Below, one piece after another: positions 1 through 7,886 of a DNA stretch of 42,502 bases. A program made the translations under genes and the position numbers. This DNA is from Candidatus Micrarchaeota archaeon (GTDB lineage Archaea; Micrarchaeota; Micrarchaeia; Micrarchaeales; CABMGC01). How positions within the stretch are numbered: the stretch's first letter is position 1; every line of letters begins with the position of its first letter. The stretch covers positions 1 to 42,502 of the forward strand of contig CAZOFK010000001.1 of the NCBI GenBank assembly GCA_964579185.1. The letters run 5' to 3'. The notes under the pieces were generated by a model. It searched no databases. It was not told the DNA's origin and saw nothing but the letters and a program-made list of their open reading frames with translations.

Positions 1-1
1 T

Positions 2-250
2 TCATTGCACCTTTAGGCCGCCTAGCTTTGAGAATACTGCACCGTATAGCACATTGTATATGAGTGCAAATATTATGCCACCTATGAATCCACCGATGAT
101 GCCTAATATCACGCCCGAACCGAGCGCTATTGCCCCTACAATCGGACCGCGGATAAAGCCGATCAGCCCTGTGATTATGCCGCCTATCACACCAAACACG
201 GCGAATACGATCCCAGCAGATACGTAATCTATTTGTTTCGCTACTACCAT
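2..250 (-). CDS. Small glycine-zipper integral membrane protein (82 aa), function unknown
   Basis: Complete ORF in track. Almost entirely hydrophobic with repeated GxxxG/GG spacing (GVIGGIITGLIG, GIIGGFIGGII). TATA-like palindrome about 30 nt upstream of its ATG. Confidence 0.5.
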   Translation of the reverse strand: MVVAKQIDYVSAGIVFAVFGVIGGIITGLIGFIRGPIVGAIALGSGVILGIIGGFIGGIIFALIYNVLYGAVFSKLGGLKVQ

Positions 251-277
251 TTAAACACTTAAATTATATTTGCGGTA

Positions 278-291
278 AAGTTTATAAACTT
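278..291. promoter_or_regulatory. Palindromic TATA-like box AAGTTTATAAACTT
   Basis: Perfect 14-nt palindrome centred about 34 nt upstream of the ATG (248-250, minus strand) of the 82-aa gene. Because it is symmetric it could also direct rightward transcription into the 292-759 non-coding stretch. Confidence 0.35.
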
Positions 292-759
292 GTATGCATC
301 ACCCTAGTTAATTCCGATTTATATGATAATGCAGCTGTATGAATGTAGCAGTTCCAGATTTTGGACTGGCATTGTAAAACAGGAGCAGGTGTTTTGAAGC
401 CCTGTTCCTTCGGTAAATTCTGCTCATAAAGTCTAAATCTTGCCACTAAAGCGGCGTAAGTTTTGGGCTTTGACAGCAAAGACGCGCCTTGACAAAAAGT
501 CTTGGTGCGCAACCTTTTCGGAAAGGTTTAATCGAAAACGCCCGTGTGCGAATACAGCTAGAAGTGCACCGTATGTCTTTATATTTTTAAAACGGTATAA
601 TCTGTGTGCGAAAACACAGATGCTCGTTTTCAACATAACATTAAATGGTGAGCTAAATGAAACAAAAGCTAGATGAGAAAGGCTTGAAGCTTGGCGCACC
701 CAGCGGAGAAGGCCGAGGTGCGAATCCCGCCGAGTCCACTCTGTTCGCGAAGTGCTAGG

Positions 760-1833
760 ATGGACTCGGAAGAAATTGCAACGAGCAGGCTTGCCAACCA
801 ACACATATCCTCAGTAGGTTCATCTGGCCCGGTGGGAGTGGTTGCTTCTTTGGGCGCGTTGCAGGCACAGGCATACCACGCTGCGCTCTGGGCGATTGGC
901 CTTCGCTGCGAGGACGCGACGCAGAGAGATGTGGAAGACGTGCTTGCCAAAAAGAAGATAATAAGGACCTGGTCGATGCGGGGCACATGGCACTTTGTCC
1001 CATCCTTCGAAGTCAGGTGGATGCTGAGCCTTTATCCGGAAGAGCCGATCCCAAGCTACCAGCGAAGGTACGGTTTGACAGAGCAGACTCTCAAAAAAGG
1101 ACTTGAAATCATATCTGGCGCATTCAAAAAAGACAAGCAACTTACCTACGACTCCCTTGGAAAGATTCTTGCAGGATCCGGAATTCCTGAATTAAAGAAG
1201 ACAGAAGTGAATAGGCACATAATACGGAGAGCAGGCCGTAGAGGGATAATCTGCTTCAGCGGATACGTGGGCAATCAAGTCGCATTTAGACCGCTAGAAG
1301 AAATGGTGCCAAAAGTAAATCCATATGATCGCAAAGGTTCACTCGCCAGGTTCGCTAAAGTATACTTCGAAAGCCACGGGCCTGCAACGCTGCAGGACTT
1401 CGCATGGTGGTCTGGCTTAAAGATGTCAGACGCAAGGGCAGGCCTCGGTATGGTAAAATCCGGGCTGAGAGAAGAAACGCTCTCAGGCGAGATTTATTGG
1501 ATGCCAAAGAAGATGCGCAAAGCAGGTAGGAATGTGCCTTCCGTATATCTGCTGCCATCTTTCGATGAATACATAATCGCGTACAAGGACCGTAGTGCAG
1601 CACTCGAGCCAAAGTATGCAAAGAAAGTGATCAACGGGTCAATGCTGCCCTTCCTGCCAATGATAATATCGAACGGCAAGGTGATTGGTACCTGGAGACA
1701 TAAAGAGGAAAAAGGCAAAATCGCCCTTACCCTAGCTCCCTTTGCCAAGTTGGATGTGAGGGAATTACAGGACACCAAGGAAGCAGCGGGAAGATTCGGC
1801 GTGTTTGTCGAGCGAGAAGTCTCAATAAGGTAG
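760..1833 (+). CDS. Winged-helix HTH_42/DUF1006 family protein, AlkZ/YcaQ-like DNA glycosylase (interstrand-crosslink unhooking family)
   Basis: Motifs seen: LGALQAQAY (Q-x-Q), IIRTWSMRGTWHFVP, C-terminal NGKVIGTW. They match my recollection of the YcaQ/AlkZ family. Start moved from the track's TTG at 691 to the first ATG at 760; the upstream 23 codons (AHPAEKAEVRIPPSPLCSRSAR) look non-native. Confidence 0.6.
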   Translation: MDSEEIATSRLANQHISSVGSSGPVGVVASLGALQAQAYHAALWAIGLRCEDATQRDVEDVLAKKKIIRTWSMRGTWHFVPSFEVRWMLSLYPEEPIPSYQRRYGLTEQTLKKGLEIISGAFKKDKQLTYDSLGKILAGSGIPELKKTEVNRHIIRRAGRRGIICFSGYVGNQVAFRPLEEMVPKVNPYDRKGSLARFAKVYFESHGPATLQDFAWWSGLKMSDARAGLGMVKSGLREETLSGEIYWMPKKMRKAGRNVPSVYLLPSFDEYIIAYKDRSAALEPKYAKKVINGSMLPFLPMIISNGKVIGTWRHKEEKGKIALTLAPFAKLDVRELQDTKEAAGRFGVFVEREVSIR

Positions 1834-2063
1834 CAGTGATAACCGGCTGTTTCCACACCTGAAGCAGCAGACTCGGATCTTGAAAACATCGATGCGCCAG
1901 CGTATGGCTGGCAGGTATAAAGTAGGGTAACTTCGGTAACATTCTTACCATTGCTTCGTGCCTGCTTATCTTACTCCCATCTTCTTTATCTCCATATCGT
2001 GCTCTTTGCTGTTCCTTATAGCCTCTGCTACAGCGGCTTCTGCACGTTACGCGCGCATCTGCA

Positions 2064-2783
2064 CTAAAAGACTTCTGGGAAGTGCAGGTGCTTGAGCAGC
2101 TTTTCTGTCAGGCGCAAGAGCGAGTCTACTAGCCATTTGAAGTATCTTTCTATGATGAACATCCCGATGAAGACTATTGCACCTGCTAGAAAGACGCCTC
2201 CGAATACATCCGAAAGATAATGCATCCCGACATATATGCGGGAGTAAGCAACTATGGCCGCCTCGAGTGTAAGCAAAACAGCTATCGCCCTTCCCCTGAT
2301 GCTTTTTCTTAGCTTGGTTAGAACGAATATTGAGCCGATGAAGACAATCAACGCATGGCCTGAAGGATATGAAGAATCAGTTTGTGGTGCTACCCGCAAT
2401 ATTACCCCGGCCAGGGTCTCATACGGCCTCGCGCGGTACATTGCAAACTTCATGGCTTCTCCTGCAATTATTCCGATCAGGAATAAGGCAGCGAGTTCTA
2501 TTGCCAGGACTTTCGTTTCCCTTTTTCCGAAAAGAAGCATTACTGCTGTTACTGGTATCCAGAAATATTCCCTGCCGTATTTTGTTGCCAGTATAAGCAG
2601 GAGGTTTAACCATAGGCCAACATGCATTTTGTTGATATAAAGGGAGAGTCCGGAGTCAAGTGCCTGGGCAAGCCCCGAGGTCACCAGCCAGGTGAGTACA
2701 ATGAAAACTATCAAAAAGAGTGCCCCTATGGCTAGTCGGTTGTCCCTTGACACTGTATTTCTTGTACCTACCATTCTTATCAC
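2064..2783 (-). CDS. PAP2-family membrane phosphatase (polyprenyl/dolichyl-diphosphate phosphatase-like)
   Basis: All three PAP2 motifs are present: KFAMYRARP (KxxxxxxRP), PSGH, SRIYVGMHYLSDV (SRxxxxxHxxxD). Multiple hydrophobic helices. The track start at 2783 is GTG; the ATG at 2774 is an alternative. Confidence 0.8.
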   Translation of the reverse strand: MIRMVGTRNTVSRDNRLAIGALFLIVFIVLTWLVTSGLAQALDSGLSLYINKMHVGLWLNLLLILATKYGREYFWIPVTAVMLLFGKRETKVLAIELAALFLIGIIAGEAMKFAMYRARPYETLAGVILRVAPQTDSSYPSGHALIVFIGSIFVLTKLRKSIRGRAIAVLLTLEAAIVAYSRIYVGMHYLSDVFGGVFLAGAIVFIGMFIIERYFKWLVDSLLRLTEKLLKHLHFPEVF

Positions 2784-2905
2784 TACTATGTTAATTCCTC
2801 CGACCTAGCAGCAAGAGCCGCAAGTCAGAATATGTTACGGGTTAATCATTTATCACCATGTGTTTATTTAAATCTGCATTGCATTTATTACCAATCAAAC
2901 TACTG

Positions 2906-2943
2906 GTACTTTCCAATTGACCCTATTTTCAATTGGAAAGTGC
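2906..2943. promoter_or_regulatory. Long inverted repeat in a divergent promoter region: ACTTTCCAATTGA (2908-2920) / TCAATTGGAAAGT (2929-2941)
   Basis: 13 perfect bp, extendable to 15 with one G-T and one G-C pair, and an 8-nt spacer. Lies between the divergently transcribed PAP2 gene and the small Zn-ribbon gene, so it is not positioned as a terminator. Candidate dimeric transcription-factor operator. Confidence 0.45.
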
Positions 2944-2974
2944 CCTGAATGAAAGGCAGTTGCAGGTAGTGGTA

Positions 2975-2982
2975 ATTTAAAT
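2975..2982 (+). promoter_or_regulatory. TATA-like box ATTTAAAT for the 3008 gene
   Basis: Centred about 30 nt upstream of ATG 3008, implying a leaderless or near-leaderless mRNA. Confidence 0.4.
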
Positions 2983-3007
2983 GCGTATGTTTGATTATAT
3001 ATCAGGG

Positions 3008-3154
3008 ATGACCATGGAAGCATATTGTGTTAAGTGCAAGGAAAAGAGAGAGATCAAGGAGGCAAAGGAAGTTACCATGAAGAATGGGCGCAAGGCTACT
3101 ACGGGGGCCTGTCCTGTTTGTGGCACAAAAATGTTCAAAATAAGCGGGAAGTAA
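3008..3154 (+). CDS. 48-aa zinc-ribbon protein (CxxC...CxxC), resembles the DUF5679 small-protein family
   Basis: Not in the ORF track (below its size cutoff). My hand translation: MTMEAYCVKCKEKREIKEAKEVTMKNGRKATTGACPVCGTKMFKISGK, stop TAA at 3152-3154. Two CxxC pairs about 25 aa apart, Lys-rich, TATA box at the right distance. Confidence 0.6.
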   Translation: MTMEAYCVKCKEKREIKEAKEVTMKNGRKATTGACPVCGTKMFKISGK

Positions 3155-3477
3155 TATCAATATGTCCTGGTGCTATACAATAACAATATATTAGCAGTAG
3201 CTGTGCGCACTCCTTCGCAGTAGTGATTAGACGTGCACTGACTTCACTGTTGTTAGTGCAGAATTTTAGTGCAGCTGCAGCTTCTCACATGTCAACCCAA
3301 TAAGATAATGACTGTACTGCAGCGCTGGATCTTTCATTGAAACGAGGCCGTGCATGGGGTTTCTTTTACATAGAAAGGCATAAAGACATGTAAAGCGCAG
3401 TACATCCCGGGTAAGGTCTACAAATTTTCTTGTGATACATGTGCGTGTATGCGCATATTCACAAGTGCTATGAAAGA

Positions 3478-3487
3478 TATTTAAATA
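3478..3487 (+). promoter_or_regulatory. TATA-like box TATTTAAATA upstream of nrdJ
   Basis: Palindromic TATTTAAATA about 60 nt upstream of ATG 3548. A GGTG Shine-Dalgarno-like motif at 3539-3542 lies 5 nt before the ATG. Confidence 0.35.
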
Positions 3488-3547
3488 TACTACTATTTGT
3501 ATGTAGTGGTCGGGTGAAACCCAATATATAGTGTGTGTGGTGTTTAT

Positions 3548-5926
3548 ATGGCTGAAGATGGCAGCGGGATGGAAATTGTAGAAAGAGAGATAGAGACTGG
3601 AGCGAAGGCGGGGGTTTTAGATATTCCAAAGGCGACGCTTGATTTTTTCGAGGGGGATGAGATACGCGCTAGGGTCTTCTATGAAAAATATGCACTGAAA
3701 GACGCGAAGGGTAACATTGTCGAAGTAACCCCTTCGCAGATGTGGGAAAGGATAGCGAAGGAGATGGCAAGCGTGGAATCAACCGATGAAAAGAGAAGGC
3801 AGTGGACAGAGCGCTTCCTCTGGCTTCTTGGAGAATTCAGGTTCCTCCCAGGAGGCAGGATAATGTTCGGTGCGGGGCAGCCCAGAAAGGTTACGTTGCT
3901 GAACTGCTATGTCATACCCGTAAAAGATGATTCAATAGAGGGGATCTTCGAGTGGTGTAAGGAGGCTGCGCGAACATACAGCTACGGCGGCGGCGTTGGC
4001 ACAGACATAAGCGTGCTCAGACCGAAGGGTGCTAAGGTAAACAATTCAGCTGTCTATTCTACAGGCTCAATCTCATTCATGAATCTCTTCAGCGAAACAA
4101 CTCATACTATAGGGCAGCACGGGAGGCGCGGTGCGCTGATGATCACCATAGGCGTTGATCACCCTGATATTATGGAATTCATAAACATAAAGAAGGACAG
4201 GCATTCGGTTAGATATGCAAACATAAGCGTAAGGATAACTGATGAGTTCATGCGCGCAGTAGAGGCAGACAGCGATTTCACGCTTAGATACAGCAATGGC
4301 GTCGTAGGAACCATAGAGAAGAAGGTAAAAGCCAAAAAGGTATGGGATGCGCTGGTCGACTCCGCGAGGGACTGGGCAGAGCCTGGCATCATCTTTTGGG
4401 ACACAATGAAGAGATACTCCCCCAGCGAATACAACGGCATGGATATAATAGGCACCAACCCGTGCAGCGAGCAGCCTCTCCAGGCATACGGAGCTTGTGA
4501 TCTGGGCAATATAAACCTCTCTGCCTTTGTCGAAGACGCCTTCACGGATAAGGCACACATAGACTGGGAGGGTATGGAGAAGGCTGTAAGGTACTCAGTG
4601 CGCTTCCTTGACAACGTCCTTGATTATAACAGCGAGAAGCATCCTCTCAGGGAACAGAGCGAGGCTTCGGGAAAGAGCAGGAGGATAGGCGTAGGCGTGA
4701 CGGGCCTTGGTGACATGTTTGTAAAACTCAGGATAAAGTATGATAGCGAAGAGGCCATCGCCTTTGCAGATGCACTTTTTGATAGGATGAAAGAGACGGC
4801 TTATGATGAGAGCACTGAGATCGCAAAGGAGAAAGGCCCATTTCCGCTTTTCGAGAGGGAGAAGCACCTCTCGATGCAGTTCGTCAGGGAGCTAAACGCA
4901 GCGCTGCAGGAGAAGATAAAGGCAAACGGCCTTAGGAATGTCGCGATACTGACAATCCCTCCAGTAGGCAGCGGCTCTGTACTTGCAGGTACGTCAAGCG
5001 GCATAGAGCCCATCTTTGCATTCAGCTATACACGCCGCTCTGAGTCGCTTAGTCAGGAGTATTTCAAGGTTTATCATCCTCTCGTTCTTGAGTATGCAAA
5101 GGCAATGAAGATGGAGAGCGGAAATCCAGCATTGCCTGAATATTTCGTGCCTGCACACAAGATAAAGCCCGAATTCAGAGTAAAGATGCAGGGTACGATA
5201 CAGCGGCACATAGATAGCGCCATCTCGTCCACAGTCAATCTTGCACGGGAAGCGACAGCCGGAGACGTAGGCAAAATCTATATGCAGGCCTGGAAGGCAG
5301 GATGCAAAGGCATAACTGTTTATAGGGAAGGCTCGAGGGAGGGCATTCTTATAACTGAAGAGGAACAGAAAAAGCGGGAGGTAAGCGTAGCAGAGCTGGC
5401 TCTGAAGAGTTGGGAGAGGCCCCGCCTCATGGCAGGGCAGACAATCAAGCTTAATCTGCCTACAGGGGCGCTTTACGTAACTGCAAACTTCGATAATGGA
5501 ACTGCGAGGGAGGTCTTCGTGACGCTGGGAAAGACAGGCAGCGAGGAGAGAAGCTATTGCGACGCCATAGGCAGGCTCATAAGCAAGTATCTGCAGATTG
5601 GTGGGGACATAAAGGAGGCGATTACTACAATAAAGGGCATAAAGGCAAACTCGTCCATAGTCTGGGACCGCGGCGTCAAGCTTTACAGCATACCTGACGC
5701 TGTCGCCAAGGCCCTCGAGATCATGATAGGTGTTTCAAAGCCACTTGTCGCAGGAAGCCTCTCTGAGGGCCAGGGAAACACACCGCTTGTGCATGGGCAG
5801 CAGCTTCCTATAAGCGGTCCAGATGAAGGAGCAGCAGAGGTATGCATAAACTGCGGAGAACATGGAGTAATACATGAAAACGGCTGTTACACCTGCAGGC
5901 TATGCGGCTACACCAAATGCGAATAG
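3548..5926 (+). CDS. nrdJ: Class II (adenosylcobalamin-dependent) ribonucleotide reductase
   Basis: TNPCSEQPL active-site Cys loop. N-terminal FYEKYALKD...MWERIAKE block. No ATP-cone. C-terminal Cys-rich tail CINCGEHG...CYTCRLCGYTKCE. No intein-sized insertion. Start set to ATG 3548; the track used GTG 3533. Confidence 0.85.
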   Translation: MAEDGSGMEIVEREIETGAKAGVLDIPKATLDFFEGDEIRARVFYEKYALKDAKGNIVEVTPSQMWERIAKEMASVESTDEKRRQWTERFLWLLGEFRFLPGGRIMFGAGQPRKVTLLNCYVIPVKDDSIEGIFEWCKEAARTYSYGGGVGTDISVLRPKGAKVNNSAVYSTGSISFMNLFSETTHTIGQHGRRGALMITIGVDHPDIMEFINIKKDRHSVRYANISVRITDEFMRAVEADSDFTLRYSNGVVGTIEKKVKAKKVWDALVDSARDWAEPGIIFWDTMKRYSPSEYNGMDIIGTNPCSEQPLQAYGACDLGNINLSAFVEDAFTDKAHIDWEGMEKAVRYSVRFLDNVLDYNSEKHPLREQSEASGKSRRIGVGVTGLGDMFVKLRIKYDSEEAIAFADALFDRMKETAYDESTEIAKEKGPFPLFEREKHLSMQFVRELNAALQEKIKANGLRNVAILTIPPVGSGSVLAGTSSGIEPIFAFSYTRRSESLSQEYFKVYHPLVLEYAKAMKMESGNPALPEYFVPAHKIKPEFRVKMQGTIQRHIDSAISSTVNLAREATAGDVGKIYMQAWKAGCKGITVYREGSREGILITEEEQKKREVSVAELALKSWERPRLMAGQTIKLNLPTGALYVTANFDNGTAREVFVTLGKTGSEERSYCDAIGRLISKYLQIGGDIKEAITTIKGIKANSSIVWDRGVKLYSIPDAVAKALEIMIGVSKPLVAGSLSEGQGNTPLVHGQQLPISGPDEGAAEVCINCGEHGVIHENGCYTCRLCGYTKCE

Positions 5927-5973
5927 CTTTACCTAGTTGCACAAATCCTGTATGCTTCAGCTGCAGGAAGATG

Positions 5974-6726
5974 CTACTCGTAAAGCACAGCACGTCTTCC
6001 ATTTAGCTTTGCCAGCCTGATGTCTGCGCCGTAGAGGGAGGAAAGGAAAGCCCCTGTAAGGAGCGCTTTGCTTTTTCCTGCGGCGAAAAGGCTTCCGTTC
6101 TTTAGTGCCACAGTCCACCCGCTCCTGAATGCCAGATCAAAATCGTGAGTCGCTACAAGAAGAGAGATGCGCCTCTCAGGCAGCCTTGAGAGCATATCCA
6201 TGATCCTCCTCTTGTTTCCGAAATCAAGGTTCGAGGTTGGTTCATCTAGCAGCATTGTAGAAGCATCAGAGGCGAGGGCCCTTGCTATGAGTACTAGACG
6301 CTTCTCTCCGCTGCTCAGATCGCTCATCGTCTTGTCAGCAAGATGGTGTATCCCGACGAAGCGCATATTCTCTTCAGCCTTCTCCTCAGATATCCATCTG
6401 CCTTTGCTGCGGGCATTGGACATAACGTCCATAACCCCGAGAGCTAGACCCGATTCGAGTTCCGCCGGGGCGTATGAGAAGTATTCAGGTATCTCACTAA
6501 TCCTTACCTCCTGCAGCGCTCTACCGTCTATATACACGGCGCCCGCTGCAGGCTTTATGTATTTTATCAATGCCCTCAGCAGCGTAGTCTTTCCTGAGCC
6601 GTTAGGTCCCAATATAGTAGTTATGCCTGGCATGGGTATACGCACAGTAAGGCAGTCTATCACTGGGTCTTTCTCGTAGCCAACCCTCAGCCCTTCTATC
6701 CTAATTGAGCCTGCCAACATGACCAC
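5974..6726 (-). CDS. ABC transporter ATP-binding protein, FepC/FhuC/BtuD type
   Basis: Walker A GPNGSGKTT, signature LSSGEKRL, Walker B MLLDEPTSNLD, H-loop ATHD. Overlaps the upstream permease gene by about 20-26 nt, suggesting an operon. Confidence 0.9.
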   Translation of the reverse strand: MVMLAGSIRIEGLRVGYEKDPVIDCLTVRIPMPGITTILGPNGSGKTTLLRALIKYIKPAAGAVYIDGRALQEVRISEIPEYFSYAPAELESGLALGVMDVMSNARSKGRWISEEKAEENMRFVGIHHLADKTMSDLSSGEKRLVLIARALASDASTMLLDEPTSNLDFGNKRRIMDMLSRLPERRISLLVATHDFDLAFRSGWTVALKNGSLFAAGKSKALLTGAFLSSLYGADIRLAKLNGRRAVLYE

Positions 6727-7735
6727 CTCTTTTAAGCAGATATATGAGAAGAGGAGCCCCCACCAGGCTTGTTATAGCAGTTATAGGGACGACAGTGCCT
6801 GGTATTATGCTTTTTGAGACAAAGTTCGAAAGCGAGAGCATGGCTGCGCCGAGGAATGCGGAGAGGGGGAGAACTGCCTTATTGTCTGCGCTCCTCAACA
6901 GTAGTCTTATAAGGTGCGGCGTGACAAGCCCGACAAAGCCTATTATGCCTGTGAACGAGAGAGCTACAGAGGTAAGCACACCAGCAGAAGAGAGCATTAC
7001 GGCTCTGAAGCCCCGGGGGTCGACTCCGGCAGATATTGTTATCTCATCGCCCATCGCAATGAGATTTAGCTTCTTGTAGGACAGAAGCACGTATACAAGC
7101 ACGGGCACGCTTACGATGAGCATGATGAGGTCATCGTTCCATGAAATGCCACTGAGAGTGCCAAACAGGGCAAATATCAGTGAAAACGCGCCGGGGCTCT
7201 TTGAGAGGAGATAAGCCTCAATGAGCATTACAAATGCAGAGAAGAGTATGGAGACGGCTATCCCTGCCAGTGTCATTCTCAGCCATTCCCCCCTCCTGCT
7301 CAGGAGAAGCACAATGATTATAGAAAGCATAGCTCCGGCAAAACCCATGGCTGGCTGCAGTATAGCGCCGAGATGCAGCTGGAGGCTGAATCCCATCAGC
7401 GCGATGCCCAATAGTGAACCAAGCACGGCACCAGACGCTGTTCCTGTTATATACGGATCAGCAAGCGGATTCTTAAGCACACCCTGCATTACAGCCCCTG
7501 CTATTGCCAAATCTGCACCTACAAGGAGGGCGCCTATGGCCTCGGGGAGCCTTATGGCGTACAGTATGGTCTTGTATACCCCTGAAGGGGCAAGCAGTTC
7601 CCCTATCGGTATATATACGCTGCCGAACACAAGATCTGCTATGAACAGGACAAGCAAAAGAACAAGTGCCAATAAAGAAACGTACAGCACTCTCCTGCGC
7701 CTGCTGGCCATATGCACACACGATGAAGAATACAT
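6701..7735 (-). CDS. FecCD/BtuC-family ABC permease (iron-siderophore/haem/cobalamin importer type)
   Basis: RLPEAIGALLVGADLAIAGAVMQGVLKNPLADPYITGTASGAVLG is the hallmark N-terminal block of this family. About 9-10 hydrophobic helices. An alternative start is M9 (7711). Confidence 0.9.
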   Translation of the reverse strand: MYSSSCVHMASRRRRVLYVSLLALVLLLVLFIADLVFGSVYIPIGELLAPSGVYKTILYAIRLPEAIGALLVGADLAIAGAVMQGVLKNPLADPYITGTASGAVLGSLLGIALMGFSLQLHLGAILQPAMGFAGAMLSIIIVLLLSRRGEWLRMTLAGIAVSILFSAFVMLIEAYLLSKSPGAFSLIFALFGTLSGISWNDDLIMLIVSVPVLVYVLLSYKKLNLIAMGDEITISAGVDPRGFRAVMLSSAGVLTSVALSFTGIIGFVGLVTPHLIRLLLRSADNKAVLPLSAFLGAAMLSLSNFVSKSIIPGTVVPITAITSLVGAPLLIYLLKRGGHVGRLN

Positions 7736-7800
7736 TTCACAGAGGCACTAAAAAGGTATCTATGCATCTTCAATATCTTGCGCCAAGCCTTCATGAAGAA

Positions 7801-7810
7801 TATTTAAATA
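7801..7810. promoter_or_regulatory. Palindromic TATTTAAATA box in the divergent btuC-like / surface-protein intergenic region
   Basis: 151-nt divergent spacer. A second A/T box, CATATAGTATATT (7863-7875), lies about 20 nt before ATG 7887. Confidence 0.3.
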
Positions 7811-7886
7811 ACTATGCCTTTATTATACTACTGGTTGGGTTAGTTTTGAACTAACGATACAACATATAGTATATTGGGCGTGTATT

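Noticed and set aside
348-361. 14-mer GCAGTTCCAGATTT recurring as GCAGTTCCACATTT at 20169-20182, with a TTCCA core reminiscent of archaeal origin recognition boxes
   Set aside because: One-mismatch 14-mer pairs are expected by chance at this sequence length. There is no orc1/cdc6 gene, no clustered ORB repeats and no flanking A/T-rich unwinding element.
382-389. GGAGCAGG, identical to the conserved 3' strand of SRP RNA helix 8
   Set aside because: I could not build the flanking helix 8 (GNAR tetraloop, complementary 5' strand) or any Alu or helix 5 pairing. The region is far more A/T-rich than archaeal SRP RNAs.
719-769. tRNA-3'-end-like string GCGAATCCCGCCGAGTCCA, and a 9-bp inverted repeat CCGAGTCCA / TGGACTCGG (730-738 / 761-769) spanning the ATG at 760
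   Set aside because: The 5 nt preceding the putative T-loop cannot pair with CCCGC, so there is no T-arm. No D or anticodon arms are present, and no integrase is nearby to suggest an att remnant. A 9-bp repeat with a 22-nt loop is expected several times by chance in 42 kb. Start-codon occlusion remains only a weak possibility.
282-804. Track ORFs 282-512 (-), 433-804 (-) and 440-676 (+) as genes
   Set aside because: They overlap one another, are rich in Arg/Cys/Phe/Lys in patterns typical of non-coding translation, and have no start context.
3548-5926. Possible intein or recoding event in the RNR gene, or a cobalamin riboswitch in front of nrdJ or the btu-like genes
   Set aside because: The ORF is continuous and of normal length, with no intein-sized insertion or Hint-type block motifs. 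I saw no B12-box-like element, and cobalamin riboswitches are not established in archaea.
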